Source of the DNA: Thermoplasmata archaeon
Lineage (GTDB): Archaea > Thermoplasmatota > Thermoplasmata > Lutacidiplasmatales > UBA184
Length of the DNA stretch: 52,222 nucleotides
Direction of reading: 5' to 3'
Assembly (NCBI GenBank): GCA_028864975.1
Contig: JAGWLG010000025.1
Location: forward strand, 1 to 52,222
The translations under genes and the position numbers were made by a program. Positions within the stretch are counted from its first letter, which is position 1. Every line of letters starts with the position of its first letter. Below the pieces are notes generated by a model. The model was not told the origin of the DNA. It did no database searches and worked only from the letters and a program-made list of their open reading frames with translations. Shown piece after piece: positions 16,495-23,896 of this stretch.

Positions 16495-19440
16495 TCAACC
16501 CCCGACGCCGCCCTCGGGCGGGGGCTCCATCGAGGTCCCTGGCGGCGGGCCTGCCATGGGTGCCATGGGGGGCGCGCCCTTCTTCTTCCGCATCATCATG
16601 ACCAGCGCGAGCACGACGACCACCGCCACGACGGCCCCGATGATGGCATAGAGCAGCGTACCGCTCAACGCGTTGCCGTTCCCGTTGTTGTTCGGAGCCG
16701 GAAGGACCACGGTGATGGAGGTGGTGGCGGGGGACGCAGGAGGGGCGTACCCTTGGGCGGTCGCCGTGGCGGAGAAGGTGTAGGTGGTGGCCGCCGTGAG
16801 GCTCGACGGGGCCGTCACGGTCCACGTGGCGACCCCGGAGCTCGAGGTGGTGCACGGCGTTCCACCCGGGCTGCCACAGCTCGTGGCGATCGCAGGTGAG
16901 GAGGTGATTGTGACGGTTGCGCCACTGACCGGGCCCGTCGGGCCGGAGACGGTGACGGTGAAGGTCACGGTCGCTCCCTCACTGACCGAGCTCGGGCTCG
17001 AGGCCGAAACGGTGATCGGGGAGAGGGTCAGCGGGGACTCCTGTACCGTCAAGGTGAAGCTGGGTCCGACGGTGCTGAGGTTGTATCCCGTCCCGAAGAG
17101 GCCCACCGCTGCGACGGAGATGGTCGCGGTCGTCTGTCGGGGCGTCGCCGAGATGGTGATGGGCACCGTATAGTACCCTGTCGAAACGGTCGAGTTCGCT
17201 CCGGTCGTGCCTTCGCCCGCCGGGCTCACGCTGACGGCCGGCCACGCGTTCGCCACACCCACATTGGAGATGTTCGTCCATACCCCGACGCTCACCGTGG
17301 CCCCGGCCTTGACCGAGGCGCCGTTCGCCATGCCCACCAGCCGAGCCGCTACGCTCAGGGGTGGCGTGATGAGGACCTTCACGGAAACGGTCCCGGTCGA
17401 GTGACCGGTGCCGGACGCGGTGATGGTCAGGTTGTCCCAGGTGTCCGCGGTCAGCGTCGCGTTGGCCCAGTATGTTCCCGAATAGGTGTCGGACCCGGGG
17501 CCATAGGATCGGAGCGAGGTCGAGTATCCACCGTAGGTGACGCTTTCCTTCGGGTCGGAAAGGGTGACCACGGCTCCGAGGAAGGGAGCACCACCGGAGA
17601 GCACCGTCGCGGTGATGTTGGTCAGGCCATGTCCTGAGGCGAGGGTGGAGGGGGTCGCGATCGCCGTGACCAGCGTCCCGAGCCATACCGCGGTGGGGCT
17701 CCCCGCGGTCGTGTTGCTGAGAGGCACCGCCTGCTGCCCAGTGAGGTTCTCCACGAGGACCACTCCGGCCGGGATCGCCCAGGGCTGCTGCGTGCTCCCC
17801 ACGAGCACGTCGTTCGAGTTCTTGATGTCCCAGCTCCACGCGTATCCCGCGTACGGGGTCGTCCAGCTCCCGGCGCTCGAGAGCATCTGGATGCCGGTCT
17901 TCACCGAGTACTTCGACATGTTGCCGAAGTAGGTGATCATCGGTTGGGTGGAGTTCACGTAGGGGAAGGCGAACCCCGCGATCCCGACACGTCCTCCGGG
18001 CTGAGCGTAGAACGGAGTGTTGGTCTCCCCCCAGGCCGTGGACTCGTTGAGCAGGAGGGTGCCGTTCCCCGTGCATCCGGTGGTGGAGAAACAGACGGTC
18101 CATATCCCGCTAGAATTGTCCACGGTCGTCTCCCACCACCATCCGTGGACGTTCTGCATGGTGATCGTGTGGGATCCCGGCGAAAGCGGAGAGGTCTCCA
18201 CTCCGAACGAAGCGTTGCCGGTCCACTTGTTCACAACCGCGTAGAATGGGAAGAATCCCTGGTAGTTGCCGATCCCCGTGAAGGAGATGTTGATGTCGGC
18301 GAAACCCAGGTAGATCTCGGAGGACGAATTGAGGGGAAGGATCGATTCGTGCGTGGCCACCTTTCCATTGGGCGGGATGACCGACGGGATATTGTGGATC
18401 GTCAGCTGGACGCCGGAGACATTGCTCAGGGTCGAGTCAACGGTCTCGCTCCCCAGGTAGGTGTGGAAGCTGACCGGGGGAGGTGGAGCGACCCCCCAAA
18501 GGAAGGTCTTGTCCGTGGTGGTGGAAGGCAGCGGAGCGGGATAGTTGACCAACACCGTGTCGTTCCCCACGGCCCACGGGCAGCTGGGCACCCCGAAACA
18601 CTGGGTGAAACCTGCCATCGGGACCGCGTAGCTGGCGGTCGACGGCGTTCGGTACTCACCGTTCGCGGGTTGGTATCCCGCGGTGGTCGTATTGAATTGC
18701 ATCGCGGGGTCGAAGATCCCTTGGAAGGCGGAGCTCGGGAACGGAAGGGAAGCCCCCGATTCGTTGACGTAGAGTGTCGGGGCGATGCCCGCGAACGAGT
18801 TGGTCCCGACTGCCGAGGTGTAGTTCAGAAGATACGTGCCGTTCTGCCAGGCAGGTACGCCCGACCCGATGGGCTGACCACCAATGGTCGAGAACGTCCA
18901 CCAGTACCCATGGAGGTGGGTCATCCGGAAGACCCAGGTGCCAGGGTTGGGGAGCGAGATGGCGGTGTCGACGACGTCGTGCGTGATGCTCCGGTTCGAG
19001 AAGACCGCCCTCGGCCACACCACCGTGGTCGAGCTGGTGGGATCGTAGTGGACCCAGAACCCGATCGCCGCCACCTCGGCGTCTCGAGCGGCGATGTTGA
19101 ACCCGATGAGCTCGTTTAGCGTGACGTTCACGTTCTCGCCGGCGCTCAGAGAGATCGCGGTCGAGAAGCGCGCGGAGAAGTTCATGGCGGTATTGCCCCC
19201 GACGTTGGAGTCGGTCGTGGTGATGGCGGTGTTCCCGTAGATCGCGGGGACGAGCGAGGTTCCGGGCGTGGCCACTTGGAGCGTTCCCGGGGTGAGCAGG
19301 TGAGGGGCGGCATGCGGCGGCACGGCGAGTGCCTGCGCGCCCCCCACGGGCGACCCGGGGACGGCGACGAGCGCGACGAGCAGGAGCAGCGCCGCGGTTC
19401 GGTAATGTTGTTTCAGCCAGCCGGCGACGCGCGGAAGCAT
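16495..19440 (-). CDS. Large secreted, C-terminally anchored surface protein with two tandem ~255-aa beta-rich domains and Ig-like stalk domains
   Basis: Signal peptide (AALLLLVALVAVPG..AQA), many N-x-S/T sequons, Thr/Ser-rich Ig-like repeats, TM segment LLYAIIGAVVAVVVVLALVMMM followed by RKKK. Confidence 0.85.
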   Translation of the reverse strand: MLPRVAGWLKQHYRTAALLLLVALVAVPGSPVGGAQALAVPPHAAPHLLTPGTLQVATPGTSLVPAIYGNTAITTTDSNVGGNTAMNFSARFSTAISLSAGENVNVTLNELIGFNIAARDAEVAAIGFWVHYDPTSSTTVVWPRAVFSNRSITHDVVDTAISLPNPGTWVFRMTHLHGYWWTFSTIGGQPIGSGVPAWQNGTYLLNYTSAVGTNSFAGIAPTLYVNESGASLPFPSSAFQGIFDPAMQFNTTTAGYQPANGEYRTPSTASYAVPMAGFTQCFGVPSCPWAVGNDTVLVNYPAPLPSTTTDKTFLWGVAPPPPVSFHTYLGSETVDSTLSNVSGVQLTIHNIPSVIPPNGKVATHESILPLNSSSEIYLGFADINISFTGIGNYQGFFPFYAVVNKWTGNASFGVETSPLSPGSHTITMQNVHGWWWETTVDNSSGIWTVCFSTTGCTGNGTLLLNESTAWGETNTPFYAQPGGRVGIAGFAFPYVNSTQPMITYFGNMSKYSVKTGIQMLSSAGSWTTPYAGYAWSWDIKNSNDVLVGSTQQPWAIPAGVVLVENLTGQQAVPLSNTTAGSPTAVWLGTLVTAIATPSTLASGHGLTNITATVLSGGAPFLGAVVTLSDPKESVTYGGYSTSLRSYGPGSDTYSGTYWANATLTADTWDNLTITASGTGHSTGTVSVKVLITPPLSVAARLVGMANGASVKAGATVSVGVWTNISNVGVANAWPAVSVSPAGEGTTGANSTVSTGYYTVPITISATPRQTTATISVAAVGLFGTGYNLSTVGPSFTLTVQESPLTLSPITVSASSPSSVSEGATVTFTVTVSGPTGPVSGATVTITSSPAIATSCGSPGGTPCTTSSSGVATWTVTAPSSLTAATTYTFSATATAQGYAPPASPATTSITVVLPAPNNNGNGNALSGTLLYAIIGAVVAVVVVLALVMMMRKKKGAPPMAPMAGPPPGTSMEPPPEGGVGG

Positions 19441-19464
19441 GGCCCGCGCACACCTGTGGCTGGG

Positions 19465-19471
19465 TAATAAA
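19465..19471 (-). promoter_or_regulatory. Putative TATA box for the 981-aa surface protein gene
   Basis: TTTATTA on the minus strand, 24 nt upstream of ATG 19440, consistent with a leaderless archaeal transcript. Confidence 0.5.
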
Positions 19472-19547
19472 GGGGTGTCCCGGAGGTTCTGTCCCGATAG
19501 GAACTTCGAGGAGAAGACCGGGCGCCGGGCGTTCGGTCGACCCGAAC

Positions 19548-19553
19548 TTATAT
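19548..19553 (+). promoter_or_regulatory. Putative TATA box for the SH3-amidase-PKD gene
   Basis: TTATAT in a GC-rich context, about 40-55 nt upstream of the candidate ATGs (19596/19608/19614). Confidence 0.5.
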
Positions 19554-19607
19554 GACCGAAAGAGGGGGAGTTCTCTCTCGCGAACCTTCCCTAGAATGTG
19601 GGAGTCC

Positions 19608-21860
19608 ATGTCCATGAACCGCCACGGCCCGGTCGTCGGCGTGCTCGCTCTCGCGGTCGTCCTGCTGTTTCTGGTCCAGACACCTTCGTTCGGTCCGGCG
19701 GCACCGGCCCATGCTTCGCTCCCTCGCTCGGCCCTGGCTCCTTCAGCCACGAGCGCCGGGCTCACCCCTACGGGCTCCGCGTTCGGACTCGGGGTTGGCG
19801 ACCAGGTCGATGTCGCCTCGGCCAGCGTGAACTGCCGCCAGGCTCCCAACACCGCCGCGCAGATCTACTCCGTCGAGCCCCAGTTCGAGCAGGGCGTGAT
19901 CGTCGCGGGGAGCGTGCTCGCGGACGGGTACGTCTGGTGGGAGGTCTCATGGGACAACAACTTCGCAGGCTGGTCCGCGGAAGGGAACAACGGAACGGCA
20001 TGGCTGGCGAACCTCACCGGGAAGACGGTCGCGTACGACCGAGCCGCGGCCGGGGCCTACGCTTCGACCTACTGGTGGACCGTCGCGAGCGATGGCTACT
20101 TCTGGGACAGCAGCGGAAGCTACGTCTCCTACCCTCAAGGCACCAGCGTGCTGGGAAAGTCTGGGGACGACTGCGCGCACTACTCGAGCCAGGTCATCGG
20201 GAACGAGCCCCATCAGGCGGGAGGAGGGCTCAACATTCCCTCGCGTGTGCCCCCGACCTACGGCGAGCCGGGCGCAGGGCGTCTGGGGGACATCCTGCTG
20301 AGCAATGGCTGGGCCGTTCAGGTGAACGGGGTCCAGAGCATGGAGATGGGGGACCTCATCAACTACGAGTGGACGAGCTCCTCCACCACCTGGGACCACA
20401 TCGCGGTCTACCTCGGGAACGGAACCGTCACCGCGCACACGAACTCCCATTTCGGGACGAACTGGACCCTCGGGGGCTTCTACGCGGCCCGCTACGTCCA
20501 CATCCTGGGCACGAGCTCCGGGGGCAGCGGCATCGACCACCCATCGGTCGGGCTGACGCTCTCCCCGTCGTCGGGCCCAGCCCCTCTCGCGGTGACCGCG
20601 TCTGTGACAGCGACCGGCGGCTCGACGGTCTATGCCTCCTACAAGTTCCTCTGGGGTGACGGGACGTCGACCACGTCCTCTTCCCCCTCCGCCTCCCACA
20701 CCTACACCGCGGTCGGCACGTACTCCGCTGATGTCGAGGTCACGGATTCCCTAGGCGCGACCGGCTGGTCCGCGAACCAGACCGCCACCGCGCAGGGCGG
20801 CGGCCCTCCCCCGCTCTCGGTCGGCCTCTCCGCGAACTTCACCCATGGGAATGCGCCCCTCGCGGTCGCCTTCACGGCCACACCCCAGGGGGGGAGCGGA
20901 GCCTACGCGTCCTTCGCCTGGACCTTCGGGGACGGGTCGACCACGTCGACCACCACCTCGACAGCCTCCCACACTTACGGCGGGGCGGGAAGCTTCTCCG
21001 CCACGGTCAAGGTCGTCGACTCCTCGGGGGCCCCGGCCACCTCCTCTGCCGTCGTCATCCTTGTGAACTCGACGGCACCTCCCCCGCTCTCGGTCTCGCT
21101 CACAGCGGCGACAACGAGCGGACCGTTCCCGCTCGCGGTCCCCTTCACCGCCAACCCTTCCGGCGGATCGGGGGTGTACTCGACCTTCTCCTGGTCCTTC
21201 GGCGACGGGAACACCCAGACAACGAGCGCGAGCACGGTCACGCACACCTACACCAGCTCGGGCACCTTCTCCGCCACGGTGACCGTCGACGATGGTGTGA
21301 CCCACGCGACGAGCACTGCGGTTCAGGTCGCGGTGTCGTCGCCCTCGGGACCTCCCACGCCGATCTCCCTCTCCCTCGGGGCCAGCGCGACCTCCGGAGC
21401 AGTCCCGTTCTCCGCCACCCTCTCCCTCTCCATTTCGGGGGGACGATCGCCCTACCGCGTGGCGTGGGACTACGGAGACGGGACCTCCACGGGTCTCTCC
21501 CCGATCGCTGGCGCTTCGACGAGCGCGACCCACACCTACACCACCTCGGGAACGCTGGTCGTGACCGCGACCGTTGCAGATGCCCTAGGAACCACCGTGC
21601 ACACCTCGCTTGACCTTACCCTCCGTTCTCCAGGTGGGTCCTCCTCGCCCCCGTCCTCCACGCCCACCGGGGCCGCGCCAACCCCTCTCGGTGTTCTGCT
21701 CTCCGCTCCTACCGTCTACCTCCTCGTCGCGGCCCTCGGGGGTGCGCTCCTCGCCCTGGGGGTCTATGGCTACCGAAGGAAGGCCCGACGGGACCTGAGG
21801 CCCGCGACGGGTGACGAAGGGGCCGACCGGGGGGCGTGGGCCCCTCCACCTTCGGAATGA
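19608..21860 (+). CDS. Membrane-anchored SH3b-like + Amidase_6-like (NlpC/P60 clan) + 4 PKD domain protein; putative peptidoglycan hydrolase
   Basis: Signal peptide; GDQVDV..VNCRQAP..DGYVWWEVSW..GWSAE (SH3b-like); YDRAAAGAYA..DDCAHYSSQ..GDLINY..DHIAV..AHT (Amidase_6-like); four W(T/S/D)FGDG-type..HTY repeats; C-terminal TM plus RRKARR. Confidence 0.8.
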   Translation: MSMNRHGPVVGVLALAVVLLFLVQTPSFGPAAPAHASLPRSALAPSATSAGLTPTGSAFGLGVGDQVDVASASVNCRQAPNTAAQIYSVEPQFEQGVIVAGSVLADGYVWWEVSWDNNFAGWSAEGNNGTAWLANLTGKTVAYDRAAAGAYASTYWWTVASDGYFWDSSGSYVSYPQGTSVLGKSGDDCAHYSSQVIGNEPHQAGGGLNIPSRVPPTYGEPGAGRLGDILLSNGWAVQVNGVQSMEMGDLINYEWTSSSTTWDHIAVYLGNGTVTAHTNSHFGTNWTLGGFYAARYVHILGTSSGGSGIDHPSVGLTLSPSSGPAPLAVTASVTATGGSTVYASYKFLWGDGTSTTSSSPSASHTYTAVGTYSADVEVTDSLGATGWSANQTATAQGGGPPPLSVGLSANFTHGNAPLAVAFTATPQGGSGAYASFAWTFGDGSTTSTTTSTASHTYGGAGSFSATVKVVDSSGAPATSSAVVILVNSTAPPPLSVSLTAATTSGPFPLAVPFTANPSGGSGVYSTFSWSFGDGNTQTTSASTVTHTYTSSGTFSATVTVDDGVTHATSTAVQVAVSSPSGPPTPISLSLGASATSGAVPFSATLSLSISGGRSPYRVAWDYGDGTSTGLSPIAGASTSATHTYTTSGTLVVTATVADALGTTVHTSLDLTLRSPGGSSSPPSSTPTGAAPTPLGVLLSAPTVYLLVAALGGALLALGVYGYRRKARRDLRPATGDEGADRGAWAPPPSE

Positions 21861-21864
21861 GCCC

Positions 21865-23010
21865 TTAGCGGCCTGCCACGGCCGCGGCGACCTTGGGCGG
21901 AGGACGGCTCAAGGTTTCCAGCGCGAGCGGGAAGGCCTTGAGGAACCGGTCGATGTCGGCGGGCACGTTCGAGAACGAAGCGCGGATGAAGCGCTTCCCG
22001 GACGTGGGGGAGAGGTAGTTCCCGGCGCGAAGGAAGACCCCGTGGTTCAAGAGCAGCTCGCGCTGCAACGCCTCGGGATCGACCCCCCGTTCCGCGACGT
22101 CGAGCACGAACATGTTCCCCTGGGACGGGTAGACCGGGAGCGACACGCCCTTCCAGCCCTTCGCGGCATCGTGGATCCGCTTCTGGTTCTCCCGGGTCTG
22201 ACGAGCGACCGCGGGGAAGGCCTTCGGCTTCGCCTGGAGAGCCGCCACCGCCGCCGCCTGGGAGAGGACGTTCACCCCAAGGTCGTTGGTGTTGTACTTC
22301 CAGATCCGGTCGTAGAGCTCCTTGCGGGCGAGAAGGCCCCCCAATCGGACACCCGCGAGCCCGCAGTTCTTGGAGACCGACCAGACGGTGACCGTGCCTT
22401 CCGGATAGAAGGGGTGGGCAAGCGTGTGCGCGTCCGCGAAGTCGCGGTAGGTCGTGTCGTTGAGCAGGAGGAGCTTGTGGTCCTTGGCGATCTCGGCGAT
22501 GGCCCGCACGTCCTCCTTCGGGTACCCACTTCCCAGAGGGTTCAGGGGGTCGATGAGCAGGATCATCCGCGTCTTCGGGGTGACGGCCTCGTTCACCCGG
22601 TCCGGCGTCAGCCGGTAGGGTGGGGCGTAGATCGGAAGATTGACCGTTCGCGCGCCCGAGAGCTCGATGAACTTGTGGATGATGAGGTAGCTCGGGTCGC
22701 TGGCGATGACCTCGTCCTGGGCGGACAAGAGGCCCCGGGTGAGCATGTAAAGCGCCTCGGTCCCGCCGGACGCGATGCCGACCTCGCAGTCGGTGAGCCC
22801 GAAGTCCTTGCGCACCAGCTCCTTGAGCGTGGGGTCCCCCGGAGCGTACGGGTAGCTCTGGTAGCGCTTCTCCTTCACCGCCTTGGCGATGGCCTCCTCC
22901 ACGGGCCCCGAAGGGAAGAGGTGGTTCGTGTTCTGGCTCATCCAGACGATCTCGTGGAAGTGGTCGTGGGCGTAGCGGAACACATCGAGAGGGGGCGCGA
23001 CCGTCGTCAT
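21865..23010 (-). CDS. PLP-dependent aminotransferase class I/II
   Basis: DPLNPLG, LLLNDTTY and SVSKNCGLAGVRLG (PLP lysine) motifs. Confidence 0.9.
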   Translation of the reverse strand: MTTVAPPLDVFRYAHDHFHEIVWMSQNTNHLFPSGPVEEAIAKAVKEKRYQSYPYAPGDPTLKELVRKDFGLTDCEVGIASGGTEALYMLTRGLLSAQDEVIASDPSYLIIHKFIELSGARTVNLPIYAPPYRLTPDRVNEAVTPKTRMILLIDPLNPLGSGYPKEDVRAIAEIAKDHKLLLLNDTTYRDFADAHTLAHPFYPEGTVTVWSVSKNCGLAGVRLGGLLARKELYDRIWKYNTNDLGVNVLSQAAAVAALQAKPKAFPAVARQTRENQKRIHDAAKGWKGVSLPVYPSQGNMFVLDVAERGVDPEALQRELLLNHGVFLRAGNYLSPTSGKRFIRASFSNVPADIDRFLKAFPLALETLSRPPPKVAAAVAGR

Positions 23011-23074
23011 CGGAGCGCGCGAGCCCCTGACGGTCTAAAGCTTGCGCTCTCGCGAAGGCAAGGTCCTCCGCGCT

Positions 23075-23836
23075 TCAGGCTCTCGCAAGGAAGGTCGTCA
23101 CGCTCCCAGCGGATTGCAGCCGAGCCTCGACCGACCGGAACCCTGCGCGTCGGAACGCTTCCATGACCCCCTCTCGAGAAGGGAACGCCCGGAGCGATTC
23201 CGAGAGGTAGCGGTAGGGGCCTTCGGTGCCGAAGAGAGCGCCCAGTTTCGGCATCACCCGGTCGAAGTACGTGTGGAACCACGCACGGAACCACACCGGC
23301 GCCGGTTCGGTGATCTCCAAGGCGAGCGCCACACCACCCGGGCGGAGGACCCGGCACATCTCCGCGAGGCCCATCTCGAGTTGGGGGAGGTTCCGGATGA
23401 GGAAGGCGCTCGTGACCATGTCGAAGGCCCGCGGGGCGAAAGGGAGCCGAAGGACGTCCGCGATGCCGAAGCGGACGCGCGCTCCCCGCGCCCCCACCTC
23501 GGCCCGAAGCCGCTCCGCCCTCCGCACCATGGCCGGGGTGAAGTCCGCGGCCACCACCGTCGCCTGAGGATAGTGGTCGGCCAGGAGGTAGGTCAGATCG
23601 CCCGGTCCACAGCCCAGGTCCAGCACCCGCTCGGGAGGCCGCTCCAGGACCCGGTCGAGGTCCCATAGAGCACGTGGCCGCCAGACGAGGTCCTGCCCGA
23701 AGGTCGCCAGATGGTCGAAGAAGGTGTACTGGCCGGCGATGCGCGTGAACATCGCCCGGACATCACGGTCGAACCGTTCCGCGCCCCTCTGGGGATGCGG
23801 GGACCCATCGGCGGCGAGGAGAACCCCTTCGGTCAT
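23075..23836 (-). CDS. menG: UbiE/MenG family quinone methyltransferase
   Basis: VRAMFTRIAGQY..FGQDLVWR, VLDLGCGPGDL, LRNLP-type FLIRNLP, and YRYLSESLRAFP motifs. Confidence 0.8.
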   Translation of the reverse strand: MTEGVLLAADGSPHPQRGAERFDRDVRAMFTRIAGQYTFFDHLATFGQDLVWRPRALWDLDRVLERPPERVLDLGCGPGDLTYLLADHYPQATVVAADFTPAMVRRAERLRAEVGARGARVRFGIADVLRLPFAPRAFDMVTSAFLIRNLPQLEMGLAEMCRVLRPGGVALALEITEPAPVWFRAWFHTYFDRVMPKLGALFGTEGPYRYLSESLRAFPSREGVMEAFRRAGFRSVEARLQSAGSVTTFLARA

Positions 23837-23896
23837 GGGTGCGCGCGGGGTGAGGGAGACTCCCCCGCCCTAAAGCTCGTGAGGAGGCCCCGGACC

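Noticed and set aside
20520-21630. Recurrent ttcggggac/cacacctaca nucleotide repeats as a CRISPR or tandem array
   Set aside because: They are the coding repeats of the four PKD domains and have no spacer/repeat structure. No cas genes are present.
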